A DNA stretch of 64,000 nt from Harriotta raleighana (taxonomy: Eukaryota): NCBI GenBank assembly GCA_050575255.1, contig JBNZDD010013610.1, positions 2,154,366 to 2,218,365 on the forward strand. Direction: 5' to 3'. Positions 25,341 to 39,109 of this stretch are shown in pieces. The notes beneath the pieces are model-generated. The model saw only the letters and a program-made list of their open reading frames with translations, had not been told where the DNA came from and ran no database searches. The translations under genes were made by a program, and so were the position numbers. Positions within the stretch are counted from its first letter, which is position 1; every line of letters starts with the position of its first letter.

Positions 25341-28300
25341 TCCTTTAATGAGAATTAAGGGGTGGATAGCTTTGTTGGCACCATACAATACTGGATCAGG
25401 AGTCAGTGAGGAGATAAATGCAAAAAAAAGCATTGTGTAATTTGGGGGAAAAGAAAAGAGAAAAATAAAGGGGGAAAAGGTAAGTGAGGAAAAATATCGC
25501 TAAAAAAAAATGCAGTTGTATTTTGTGGCACCCATGACATGGGACACACACATAATCCTGCACATAAGGTTGTACAAGATTGAAACATAATGAGCCACTT
25601 TTTAAAACATTGTTTGATATCGTTAGTCAACTTTTGGTAATAGTACATGTAACTAGTCTGTCATTTATAGCAATTCTAGACAAAATTTGTACAATACTGT
25701 GCATAGAACATTTCTATATTCCTCAATTAACCAGGTGAATTTCTTGTGATCTCCAAGAAACATGAAAGGATTATCAAGTCATAATAGTACAGTACTATTT
25801 TGTTTTCTTTTGGTTTTTGCTCGGTAGTTTGCTCCACTTCACAGCACAACTCACATTCATTTTACCAGCTACCTAATTCAAACTGACAGAAAGCTTCTAC
25901 CCAGACTCAGTTGATCTCCCTGTTCAGAAGCCACACTTCAGCTTCTCCTATTTCCTTCTCTTCCTCCCCGCGTACCCCCCCCCCAATTTTTCCTTCAGAT
26001 AGCATTCTGCCGTAACACTTTCCATAGGGACCTCACCATCAACATGCCATCAACGTGGAATCTCAATCGTACAAGTGCCAGCATTTACGGGGTTAATCCG
26101 AAACCTTCCCTGCACGATTGTCATCAGTAAGTAATTAAGTTCGTTGGACTGTGACCTTCGAAATCACAGCGGAAAAGTGAGAGACAATTAGAAGAGCCCA
26201 TGACAAAAGGCTATAAATTAAAGTGCGGCAAACATGACACTGATTTATGGACTGCAGTTATATCCTTTAGTTCTTCAGAAGTGGATATTTCTCTGTAAAA
26301 AATATGAAGAATTCAGGTCCTTTTCTCTCTCTTTCTCTCTGGCTACTACCTCTCTCTCGATAATCTTATAGCATTCAATATAAAAACAATGTCATCTAAC
26401 TGTATGAATCAGGCGCAAAAAAATTCCCCTTCATAGGAAACATTGATGAGTTCAATGTCCAATGTCTCGAACTGATGGCATACATTTTAAACTAGCTTGC
26501 ATATTTTATTGAGCAGAAGTGGAATCTTATATTCAGGGCATCATCAAGGATCAAAAGAATCATGCCAATAATACACTCGACTTTACTTACAATTTACAGT
26601 CAATTTACTTTACAGTATATTCCGTAAAGCTCTTTGAGACGTCTCGAAGACATCATAAAGTGGTACAGTATATCAAATGTAAGGATTGTTATATTATTAT
26701 AACTCTTGTTGGAAGAAATGGACATTTAACTTCCCTACTCCAGCCTCTCTTCCATTTATTTCTTAAATTTATTTGAAGTTCATTGTTATGCGTTTCATTT
26801 ACCGTTTCCTTTTGAATTTGTTCTCCAACATTTTTTTCCATTTTGGTAAATGACTCTGACGAGGAGAGAAGACGATAAACCAACTGTGCAAAAATCAAAC
26901 TTTTAACACTCAAGCAATGAACTGCACGGTGGAGTGGCAGGATGTACATCTGTCCCCATGATTTCCCACATGGTGGAAAGTTCAACTCACAATACTGTTG
27001 TATATCAAATAGATATCAGCAAAAACAATGTGTAGCACAACGCAGTGGTTTATAGAGGAGGGAAAAAAATGATTTAAACGCATGGTCTCTGTCCAAAGGA
27101 AATGTAGAATCGAGGAAACTTTTAGTCCTATTAAGAAATAGAATTTTTTTTTTAAAAATAGGAAAATGACCTAGACCTCAGGCAGTGACCAGGAGACATT
27201 GCATTGATTGCAAGACAAGGAATTGTAATTGCTCGGAATCAGATGCATGGTTTTGAGGTCACATAACAAGTATGCAAGACGAGCTGATTACTCCAGTCAA
27301 ATCGCACACTCATCACACTCAGTGAAACAAACTGCTGCTCTTGCACCCTAGTCATAACGGTTTGTCTATTTCACTCTCATTGATAGTCATCTAATGTTTA
27401 GAAACATTAGGATGGCATTGATGACACCCATGAAGAATGTCTTAGCAACAATAGCAATCAAAGGTAACTGGCCTTATGCATACGAATGTGTTAAAATTTG
27501 TTAATCTTCCATTCCATGTGGAAATTACATCTCTACATATTATTTCACAACAAAATCCCATTTACATGTGTCACACTGATCATCAGATATTGCAGATGGA
27601 TTGTTCCTTGTTGATTTAAATCAAATTAATTTGACGTGTCACATTATCCTGGAAGCAAATACGCAAATGTTTTATACACAAATGTGAATATTGGGAATTT
27701 GTAGAATTATTTTAATGAAAACTTGCTTATCTCGTTTCAAGGTAGCATTTCTAATAGCAAATTATCATTAGCCTGTTTTTTGGGAGGTGGGTCGGGGAGG
27801 GGGGGCTGTAGAACTTTCAAACTGTCTCAGTCACTGCCATTGGTTGAAGTTTAAGATGGGGGAGATCATGGTAGCCTGTCAGCAGCGCCTTGGGAGATGT
27901 CTTCCTGATGAGAAAGGCGCTATGCAAGTGTAATTTTGTTGTTGTTATTTTTATGGTTGTGGGGGGTGAGGTGAATATTTGTTCTGCTGGCCAATATTAA
28001 TTGTATCTAGCGGCCGAGGAAAACAAAACACAACTTATTTTGAAGTTGCTGTGAAATCCACCCTGCAGACTAAACACAACAAATACTTCAGCATTAAAAC
28101 CTCTTCTAGATAGATATTTACAGTTGATTCTCTCAGAAGTGTCTGTAACACGAAGGGGGTATAAATGCACCCAATAGCAGACAGACAGTATGAGATAATC
28201 CATTAACACACACAATCAGGGTATCAGAATGATTATCTTCCTCAGACACCAACGTAATTTTGCTAACAGAAAAACTATCCACGATTGACGAGGCATGCAA

Positions 28301-29399
28301 AAGGATAGTAATTTGATTCTATCCATTTTTGAAAGGAACAGGTAATAGTCTTCATGCTTTGTTTGCTGGTAACTTCTAGTCCCCTCGGGATTAATTTTAG
28401 GTTGGGCAGATTCTTGCTGAAGACAAACTCATTCTAATCACAATCACAAATCAGCTGAAAGCTCATTTTGCCATGCTCTGTGCAGTGCCACTAGAAATTT
28501 GATGAAGATTGCCCACATTTTAAGATTAGGACATTGGTTTGTTTGGTAATTATTCATCGATGCTCATCTTGTGTTCTAACACCCACTTTTAGCAATTTGA
28601 GCCTCTCCAAGGTTTTTAATCATAGAAGCTTTGATTGTGTATTATGATTAGTTCATTGCATTGCCAAGTGTACGATCAGTTTCCTTGGACTTTTATGTGA
28701 TGATCAGCACTGTTGCAATTCTTTACTTCAGGAGACGAAACGAGGCAGATAGTTGCCAACCCTTGACAAATGGCTCAAAGATGTCACTAAGGTATCCATT
28801 ATGGAAACCTCAAAGTGGAGGGAGATCTTTAGATAACTGTTATAGTATAGTTTGCACCATCTCTTACAGTACAGGGTGATTACAACAACATAATGCAGAA
28901 TAATTATATTGCATTGAAGTCAACAGCAGAATTTCATTGCTCAAATAAAAATGAATGATCAATGGCCCCAGGGGGATTTCTGATCACTAATTACAACTTT
29001 CGTGATATACTGGGTGGTTGTCATCCCATACACTTCAAAGAGACAATGTCTTCAGGGGGGAGGAGAAAGAGGGAATACATTTTATCTGCAGGAGAAAAAT
29101 GCAGGGAGAGACGTCAGTTCCTTAAAGAAAAAAATCTTTCAGAGTAAGAGCTAGTTGCTGATCTGGAAACTGATAAGATAAAAAAAGAATGAACTGATCC
29201 AAATTTATTGGCCCTGATCAGGCAGAACACCACTGTAATCAACATAGAGCATGACAAGAAAAGATGTTTCAATCAGAATTCTCTACTTGAAGTGTTTTTT
29301 TGAAGAGATCTAACAGTCAGCAGCAGCCAATTTCTGTAGCTAACTGAAGGTCTAACAACTGGTGATTAACATTTCAGAGCTCTCTGGATCAAAAGAAAG

Positions 29400-29720
29400 A
29401 ATAAACTTGCATTTTTATAGGACCTCATCGCGATTCAATGTCTCGAAAGTGTTACACAGGCAATTCCTGGCCCAGTATAGTGACTGCCAGGAAGGCACCC
29501 ATATGTGCACGAGCAAGGTCCCATAAAGCGGAAATGAAGTGAATGACAATTAATTGTTGCCGTGGACGGACTCTCTTCTTGTTTTGAATAGGCCATTTGA
29601 CCTATTCACTTCCAGTTTAACATCTCATCAAACAACAATACATCACAGTACTCCTCCAGTTCTGCAAAGGAGTGTTAGCCCAGACTGAAAATTCGAGTCC
29701 CAACTGGAGTGTTCTGATCC
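29400..29720 (-). mobile_element. Ancient Deu-domain SINE, decayed
   Basis: AACTTGCATTT tail, GCAAGGTCCCA, TTTAACATCTCATC, GGAGTGTTAGCCCAGA; collinear with 24970-25340. Confidence 0.5.
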
Positions 29721-29755
29721 AGAGATGCGAGTACAACCAGCTGAATCAGTTACCA

Positions 29756-30070
29756 GCTGCTGTAGCTCAGTGGTTAGAGCACTCGCCTTACAAGTGTGAG
29801 ACCTGTGTTCGAATCCTGGCAGATCAAGGTGAAACCTTGGGCAAATTTCCTTACTCCACATGCCTAATAATAATCCATTAAAAAAAACACAATGATAAAA
29901 TTGGCCATTTCAATCCACGACTATTTGTGGGACACTGCTGTGCGGAATTGACTGCCACGTTTCGCCCACAAATATACAGTCAATTCAGTTTACAGTATAT
30001 TCTGTGAAGCGCTTTGAGACATCGATAAGATGTGAAAAGCCCTATATCAAATGCAAGGATTATTATTATT
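29756..30070 (+). mobile_element. Full-length tRNA-derived SINE
   Basis: A box TAGCTCAGTGGTTAGAGC, B box GTTCGAATCC, conserved body, (ATT)n tail. Confidence 0.9.
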
Positions 30071-32482
30071 AATCAAGTTGGCATCCAATCCCCGCTCAAA
30101 TTCTCATTACCTCCTTTTTTATACATCGATTGTAAAAATACCAACTGAACAGTAGTAGTAATACTTTGCAAGTATGACACTTAGCGACAATTATATTTCC
30201 GATCTTCCTTTGATCCATCTGTGAGCGCTCTGCTTTATTTAGATCAAAGGAGTAAGCAAACCAACCAGGTAGTGCTATGTCTGTGAGCACCACACAAAAT
30301 ACTCAACAGACAATTTACCAAGTCGTCATAAGAATGTGATATTTTAATGAAGTGAGGTTTTGATAGTCATAATAACTAATTGATTGTGCTCATCTACAGC
30401 AAGCATAAAATGTTCTATTTCCCTGACTCTCAGGTTGATGAACAGAACATAAACGATACGTACACATACATTCACAAAGATAGCATCTTTATTAAAGTTT
30501 TTTTTGTCTGTAATATTGCTGCAATTGCCATTTTTGAAACACCTTATTTTAGAATTGACAACTAATCAATGCAGTCTATTGCATAATGAACAAATGATGC
30601 ATTCATCATGTTGAGCAACATCAAATGTCTGCATATATTATAAATAATGACAGGAGTTTTGACAAGCTGTGAAATAAATCTGTCTTTGTTAATACTGCAG
30701 AACCCTTCTTACTTGCAACTGCCTTTCATAATTTACCTCAAACTCCTATAAAAGCAACAAAACATCAATTACCTGTTACAAACACTTGCACAAATTGCTT
30801 GTAGCTCAATTTCATCGTACATATTTTATGCAAACAACAACAGCAACAAATTGCATTGTGCCTTTCACATCAGAGGACATCTCAAAGGCTTCCTTTGACG
30901 TCAGATAGAATACAAAATGGTCAGAAATAGTTGAACTTTAACTGAAAGATGTAGATTTTTTTCCATTTACATTCTAAGAACCATTTTTTTCAAAATCAGC
31001 TCAAGTTTACTTTTTTTCCCCATGGAAATTAAAAGTTCGAGCTTTGTAATGGTGACAATCCAGCCATTTTATGTCAATTCCAAACCACTGAAAGGTTTGC
31101 AGACACCTGGAATTCAACCCATTTGATTAACATTGCAGTGAAACTAGTGTTGTATACCTGGACTATATAAATCTAGATCATAAGTCTAAATGTACAAGTA
31201 AAAACTGTCTATTGATGTTTTCTTTATTATCCACAGCTCACTGCACACACTAAGGAGCACCTTCAGTGGTTCAGGCAGCGTGAAGAGGACCAAGCCACTT
31301 GCTGCGAACTGGAGCATTGATTAGAATTTCTGCAATCAGATCCTGGGAGCCCAAACTGAGTCTTGGATATAGGCCATACTCATCCATTCAGATGCCAAAG
31401 TCATTTCAGGAAGTCTTTATCCTTTGTCATGATTACTCATGTGCATTTGCTTTCCCACAAGGCCTACAATTGAATGGTCCGTTGTGCCACAAAACAAAAT
31501 TATGTGTCAAAACTTTGGGTCGTCTGGAGATTTGAGGCTGGATTGAAAAAGTTTATGACCTGACAGCTCAGACACAAAAGAGGCAAAAAAAAGTCAAGAC
31601 AATTACCCTGAAACAAATCTTTTGATTTTTATCTCAGAAGTTACAATTCTTCAATCCTGGAATGATTAGGGAAATGAGGCCTTAGCTAGCATAAGCCTTG
31701 TGTAAAACATTCCCATTTTAAATTGTTTGATTAGATGTAAGATAGATACAGGCTAGTGCTTGCCCTTAAGAAATGCAATCACTTTTTCAGCCTAATGTGA
31801 AACATTTTTATTGGGAGAAATGTATACAGTTTTCTTTAAGCATTCATTATTATAAATTTATTAAAATATTTTTGCAGGTTTACACTATAAAGGTTTCACA
31901 TTTAGAAAGGACACTCAAGGTACTCGAAACTTAAATATTTTGTTTCGCGTTTACCTATATGTACTAGGAAACCCAGGCCATTACAGAACTCAATCTCAGA
32001 TATAAAGATATTCCTTTGATGTTATTTGTAGTCATTTTATAATTCTAATTTGTTATTTTAAATGTTGATAAGATTGTAATTGTTTGTAACAGGTAATAAA
32101 CTCCCAATAGCCATGAAGTTTTCGGACGTACAGAGCCAATATACTGAAAAATCCTCAAACAAGAATAACTTGCATTGATTTAGCAGCCCTCACACAGTGT
32201 AGCATCCCAGAGCACTTGAACAAACAGGAATTTGTCAACAAAATTGTGCTTTTACATTAACATAAGCTCAAACATTTTGTTCTGTATGGCTCATCAACGC
32301 AACAAAGGTCATTTATTCACACATATTGAAACAACTGCAGTTAACATAATATTTTTTGTTTAGGCATTGAGTTTCTCAACTCCAGTGTTAAGAGCCTATA
32401 ATTTTCCTTTTCAAAGTTTTTCAGTGTCCGTCAACACAATTAATATCCATAGGAAAGTCAGTTTATAGCAAAAATACGAATA

Positions 32483-32529
32483 CAGTAAAACCTTGTTTTT
32501 ATCCATGCCGGATAAATAGGGTTTTACTG
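32483..32529. mobile_element. 47-bp TIR-only remnant of the 3936-4634 family
   Basis: TA|CAGTAAAACCTTGTTTTTATCC ATGCC GGATAAATAGGGTTTTACTG|TG. Confidence 0.7.
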
Positions 32530-35082
32530 TGTATGGGTTCATAGCAAACATAAGCTCATTATGCCTATTGTAAACTTTTATAAAATATTTTCACTTTGAA
32601 CATACTAATAATTACCACGCTTTCCTACTGGTAATGTAAGCACTTCAACTTTGAGCCTCAGTTGTTACAGAATGTCATGCCAAGTACTTTGCTTTGGATT
32701 TGTACTGTATACTGATAGCCAAGGTTAAAAAATGATTACTGTTGATGAGCCCCATATTGCTTATTTTGGCTGAAGTCATTAACAAAGTAAACTGGATCCA
32801 CTCAGGGTACCATTGAGGTGAAGCCATTTTGCACTATTCTACAATAAGGAAGAAAACGGCAGTGTCCTAGGAATTTTGCACATTAAACAAGATAGAGTAT
32901 CAAACAAAATAAAAGGCTTTTCATTCATTAGCAGTTATCTGCTTAATATTTAGCAATACTGGTTTTGCCTACCTTAAGAGGTCAATCATTCCGAATAATG
33001 TGCTCACTATGCAGTATATTTTATACTTTACATTAATTACTAGCTACTGTATATAGAACTCCTTGACTGAAGTGCGAAATGTTCTGTTGTGGGGATGGAG
33101 GATAAAAATATTTTTTCATTGTACAGTATGATGCTGTTTTTGCACAATGCAGATTTTGCTAAATTATCGTGTAGTATCTTGTACTTGTAAATAACTTTGA
33201 ATCCAGTTTGCCACATAAGATTTTAAATGTAAGAGTTGTCTTCTGTGAGTATAATAATGAACCGACAATCAATCACAAAAAACACAGAGACCAAGGAAAT
33301 AAATGATTGACTTACAATTCTTTTGTTCTTATATGTCAATAAACTCTACTGGTGGCATTTGGTGTCTAGACACTCATTGTCCTTCACCTCTCTACTCTCC
33401 TATCACAAGATTGCTTGAAGTGATATTATTAAACACCTGATGAATATATACACACTGACACAGATTATGCAACTGATTCTATACATGGAAAAAATCAGAA
33501 TCTTATCTGCTAATGCTTATAATGAAATGCTCAAGGAGAATTAATGTTAAAGAGGAATATACCAGAGCTTTAATTGAAAGTAAATACTGTAGTGTGATCA
33601 GGCAAAACGCAAGAACAAACCAACAGAAAGTGGTTAAATTGAGATTTGCATATGTATATATACACTCAATAGATAATATCAGATGTGGTAAAATGTCACA
33701 TGAAGCTCAATTGTTTCTCTACACTTGGCACAATCATCCTTGCCCATCTCAGTGAAAATGACAATAGCTCAAGAGAAGATCTCACACACACACAACACAA
33801 CACACACTGGCCAATAATGGTTTGCTTTAACAAAATCTACAAAAGTGAAATGGGAGAAAATACTTTAAAAACATAAGAAATCTAATCTTACACCGAACAA
33901 AGATAAGAGAATTGGGAAACCAGACTCTAATCTTGTAACACATAAAAATTGAGTTCATTAACTTTTCCATTCCATCCTTTTGTCAGTGGTCAACAGGAAA
34001 AAAATTCTAGTCCTTTTATCATTGGTTTCTAGTAAAACCCATTTAGTGAAAAAAAACTAATTTTACAGGCAATTAAACTACTGAGCTACTTGAAGCTAAT
34101 AAGCAATTTTTTTCTTGACCTTTTTGAAACTAAACAACAGAGGGATGATCCTCAAAATCCCAAGTAATATAGAAAATAAATTAAATTGAATGATTTCCTT
34201 AGAGTTAACAAAATGTTAACAAAACAGGCTATTTATTTTCCAGCTTCTTTTCACTGGTCCTAAAGTACACCAAGTGTCCAGTGCCTTTGTTAGATCTTAA
34301 CTGCTAAGTGTGAATGACGCTTATTCATTAATGATGCCTCAAGTCATGTCAGTCGACTTGCATTGGCCTCACACAATTGGGTGCTGCAGCCCATCATGAA
34401 AACACAGAGACACTGGCATCAGATTTTCATTGTACACATGGTTCTGTTCATAGTGGTTCCAGTTTTACAGGGAGACAGAGCTGCCAATATAATTTGTCTG
34501 TCACACATACTTACTTAACTAGATCCAACTCACACCGATGGGTAAATAACATTCTGGTTCCGTAGCAAAAAGTGGAACAAGGATTAGCTAATTACTTTGG
34601 ACAAAGAAATATAGATCCAAATGCAAATTCTGTGCACTCTTGTAAAACTTGTGAATTTCTTCTTATTAAAGATACACAAGGGACAAAACCAATCACATAA
34701 GTATGATATTTGAAACCTATATACAAACTTAACAAAAAAAGTAAAGATGAAGCAAATGTGGCTATTCAAAACAGAAAAGCATTCCCCAAGCACACTGCAA
34801 GATGTAAGAAAAACAGCTATCAAAACAGAAATAAAAAGCCTTTTATCAGAAATTTAGCAATAACATTAGAATTTGCAAGAATGAAATTAACAAAAACAAA
34901 TATCAATCAAAGTAACTCCATAACATAACCGACCACAGTATGTATTAAGAAATATTAATATAAGCAGTAGATAATATAACCAAGCAAGTTCATGGGGTTA
35001 AAGCAGACAACATACATTTATAAATGAACACTATTAAGATATTTTAATTATGCTGCAGTCAGTGAAGGTGGAGGATAGCTGT

Positions 35083-35160
35083 GACAACAACAACAAAAAC
35101 TTGTATAGCGCCTTTCAAATCGGGGACATCCCAAGGTGCTGGACAGTCACTGTTTCAATG
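35083..35160 (-). mobile_element. L2 3' tail
   Basis: (CAA)n..TGTATAGCGCCTTTCA..GGACATCCCAAGGTGCTGGACAGTCACTGTTTCA. Confidence 0.7.
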
Positions 35161-35244
35161 ACAGAACCTGAAGCGGCTGCACAAGAATAGGGGAAAATAT
35201 GAAATCTGAGAATTCCATGCTTATAAATACCCTCCTACAGCATA

Positions 35245-35480
35245 TGATGATAATAATCCTTGCATTTGGTATAATGCTTTTCATATATTTTAGATGTCTC
35301 AAAGCGCTTCACAGAATATACTGTAAAGTGAATTGATTCTATATTTGTGGGCGAAATGCAGCAGCCAATTGCGCACAGCAGTGTCCCACAGTCGTGGATT
35401 GAAATGACCAACTTTATTATCATGTTTTTTTTAAGGGATTATTATTAGGCGTGTGGAGTAAGGAAACTTGTCTAAGGTTT
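35245..35480 (-). mobile_element. tRNA-SINE family copy lacking head
   Basis: Reverse complement of about 29830-30070. Confidence 0.85.
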
Positions 35481-36450
35481 ATCAAAAAGCATTAATAACA
35501 GTATTTATATCGCATATAAAGAATGGAAGTTATTACATACAGCTCAATCTATTGCTTTCTACACTAAAAAGAAGGTTAACTTGGATAGTTTATCAGAAAT
35601 AATAAAAGAGCTTATACTTTTATGATGAATCCTTGTTAGAAAATATTTTTAAGACGTTTACATCATTATTGGAATTCGGATTGACTGAGATCTTCTGCTT
35701 GCCATCAATGGTGTGCATTTATAACATTGCTTGTGTACGTCATCAGTTGTCACACAAATGATTTACAATACTGTACTTTTTTTTTCCACATACAAGGGAA
35801 GTTGGGCCAATGATTTGCCACTAGTTACAAATCCTTTCCTGTTAAGCCATCTGGCTGTGTGTGTTTTAACTGCAAGCAGTCAAGGTTAATATGTACTAGT
35901 TCAGAGGAACACCATCACTTTCAGGCTTACAGCTAAATCAATAGCTAACATTTTTCCAGAGCGTTTTAGTCAATATACAACACTTAAGTTGTCTGAAAGA
36001 AATGGAAGATGCCAATAATCACTACTAATGCAGTTTTATTTCTCGGATGTCCCCTGTGACACCCTGTTACTGTAGTGATTGTTACTGGTTACAACAGACC
36101 TCAAAGTGGCACTGAACAAGCAGATCGCTTGAAGTGCATTTTGTTTCACTCATTTGACCTAAAGGCTTGCAAATGGCAAAGTTTTTTTTTCCCCTATAAA
36201 ATCCAACTTGCTTCTAAAGGTATTTTTTTTTCCACCTACCTCTTTTAAATGAACGCAACATCCTCCCACAGTTTCCACGTTTTCAAAAAAAAGTTCTACT
36301 CAATCAAAGTGTATACTGTACACTGCAATTTTATACTTATCGCATATGTTAGTATATAACAAACCTTAGCTCCACCCCAAAGCAATGCAATACACTTGAC
36401 CACCACCCCTCCCCACCACCAGAGCTGACTCGATAAACTAACACACACCT

Positions 36451-36729
36451 TAATAATAATAATCCTTGCGTGTGATATAGTACTTTTCACATATTCTAGA
36501 TGTCTCAAAGAATATACTGTAAAATAAATTGACTGTATATTTTTATGGGCGAAATGCAACAGCCAATTGTGCACAGCAGGATTCCACAAACAGTTGTGGA
36601 TTGAGTGACCACATTTTTTTTGAAAGACTATTATCAGGCGTGTGGAGTTAGGAAACTTGCCCAAGGTTTTGCCCTGCCAGGAATCAAACCTTGGAGGCGA
36701 GTGCTCTAACCACTGAGTTACAGGGCTCC
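36451..36729 (-). mobile_element. tRNA-SINE family, near full length
   Basis: Reverse complement head TAACTCAGTGGTTAGAGCACTCGCC, body and (TAA)n tail. Confidence 0.85.
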
Positions 36730-37034
36730 ACAATATACTGTCCACATCAGTTGATCACCCTCTTTTCCCTCTCGTGTGAATGGGTCCTCTCCTGACCGGC
36801 TTGCTGCAATATCATCACTTATCAATAACTCTGGGTACGTTACCATCCTCGTCATTTCCATTTTCCACCTGAATTCACCTGCTATCGTTGGCAGAATCAT
36901 TTATTGCTCCCGGTCAGTGATACCTTCCCCCACCTCTCCCCACCCCTCATTAAAGGTCATTAGTACTTACTCCCTAATCAACAAAATCTCCAAACCAAAA
37001 AATGAAACAAATGAGAATAAAACCCCCAAAAGCA

Positions 37035-37200
37035 TGTTATATTCGAGATGTAAAAGAGAGAACGTGGAGAGCTCGACTTTCGTGTAAGACGGCTTTTATT
37101 AAAACTGAACACCAATTCCATGTGCTACCACAGTGATCACGAGAGGTGCTATAACCGATACATCTACATATAAGGGCACAGTGATTAGCATAATCCTACA
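37035..37200 (-). repeat. 3' LTR core (166 bp)
   Basis: TGTTAT...CCTACA; AATAAA on - strand; preceded on - by the purine tract GAGGGGAGA (PPT, about 37201-37209). Confidence 0.9.
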
Positions 37201-37238
37201 TCTCCCCTCAAGTACAGAATGGTGTACTTTAAGATCAC

Positions 37239-38901
37239 TTATAAATTAAGACGATCGGGAGGTTTCACTACACGTCCAGAACGTGTTGTCATCACAGCTG
37301 GTGGTTGGACACTCGGTGTTTGTGACAATGATGGAGACAGTGAAGACTTCTGAGGTGAAGTTGCGGTCTGTTCTGTTATATCAGAAGGTGTAGTTGGTGG
37401 AGTTTTCCAGTATGGTTTTTTAGGTGGTGTGTAAACCAGGGCTGATCGGTTTCGTCGAACTGTGCCGGGACTGGTTTGTATGATGTAGGAACGTGGGTTG
37501 GAAGCTTGGTTGAGGAGCGTTCTTGGCGGTCCTGGTCTCGGATCCAAACAGTGTCGCCGGGATGAAGCTCTGGCAAATCTCTAGCGCGGTGACGAAGGTT
37601 GAAGTTTTGTTGCTGGTTTGTGCGATACACCTCTTCCTTCTGTCGGATCTTCTGGTCGGATTGAAACTTTGGATGAAGTTTTGATGGAAGAATAGGCAGT
37701 GTTGTTCTAAGTTTCCTGCCCATCAGCAGCTCGCTTGGTGACAGGCCATTCTGGAGAGGAGACGCTCTATACGTCAGAAGTGCAAGATAGGGATCTTCAT
37801 TCTTTTTGAGTAGCCCTTTCATGGTACGAACTGCTCTCTCAGCTTCGCCGTTTGCCTGTGGGTACCTTGGCGAACTGGTGGTGTGTACGAATCCGTACTT
37901 CTCAGCAAACTGGAGGAATGAGGCTGAACTAAACTGTGGCCCATTGTCAGAAACCACCAAGTCTGGGATCCCGTGGATGGCAAAGATTTCTTTCAGTGCT
38001 CTGATAATGGTTGCTGAGGTTTGGCCAGATGAGAGAGATTTTATTTCTATCCAGCGGGAGTAGTAGTCAACGACAATGAGAAAAATCTTCCCTTGATATT
38101 CAAATAAATCCATCCCCAGTCTTTCCCACGGACGTGATGGGAATGATGCTGGCAGCAGAGACTCACGTTGTGTTGGTCGGTGTTTGGCACAAGTCGAACA
38201 TTTAGAAATCATCTCTTCTATAGTCTTGGAGAGACCTGGCCACCAAACAGATGTACGTGCTCTGGCTCGGCATTTGGTAATTCCCAGATGGCCTTGATGG
38301 ATGCAATCAAGCATTTCCAATCTCATGCTTCTGGGAATGACTATGCGGTCATCATAAAGAAGAAGATTGTCGAGGACAGAGAGATGACCTTTACTCTCCC
38401 AGTACTGGCGAAGTAGTGGTGTGTGTGGCATGTAAGCGGGCCAACCACTTAAGCAATACTCTTTGATCTGTGCACACTCTTCGTCTGCTTTTTGAGCTGC
38501 AGCGATGTCAAGTAGGCGTTGTCTACTCGCTGGTAGAGTATTCATCGTGTGATTTACGTAAGTTTCAATTTCTGCAATCAGCACAGTGTCGGGATTCATC
38601 GGGTGTGCCGACAGGAGCATCGGGCGTGTTCTGGTGTTTGCCTGGAACGTACTGGACTGTTGGACTGAATCTCATCAGACGAAAGCGGAATCGCAGTATG
38701 CGTGGAGGCATCTTATCAAGTTCCTTTGTCCGCAGAAGGGACACAAGTGGTTTGTGATCAGTCTCAAGGATGAAGTGTAGTCCTAGTACATAGTCAGAGA
38801 ATTTCTCGCAAGCCCAGGTTGCAGCAAGTGCTTCTTTTTCGATAACTGCATATCGCTTCTCTGTGTCACTGAGAGAACGTGATGCATAGTAGATTGGATG
38901 G
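37239..38901 (-). pseudogene. Gypsy RNase H end plus integrase, duplicate copy, frameshifted
   Basis: YAVIEKEALA/ETDHKPL (RNaseH); HQGHLGITKC..CSTC zinc finger; VDYYSRW, SDNGPQF, NGEAERAV (DDE core); TTRSGRVVKPP tail in a different frame. Confidence 0.9.
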
Positions 38902-38905
38902 NGCA

Positions 38906-39071
38906 TGTTATATTCGAGATGTAAAAGAGAGAACGTGGAGAGCTCGACTTTCGTGTAAGACGGCTTTTATTAAAACTGAACACCAATTCCATGTGCTACC
39001 ACAGTGATCACGAGAGGTGCTATAACCGATACATCTACATATAAGGGCACAGTGATTAGCATAATCCTACA
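38906..39071 (-). repeat. Second copy of the 3' LTR core
   Basis: Matches 37035-37200 with no difference noticed; begins 4 nt after the single N at 38902. Confidence 0.9.
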
Positions 39072-39109
39072 TCTCCCCTCAAGTACAGAATGGTGTACTT
39101 TAAGATCAC

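Noticed and set aside
29756-29830. tRNA gene-like sequence with A and B boxes
   Set aside because: No paired acceptor stem, and it continues straight into the SINE body present in many copies; it is a SINE head.
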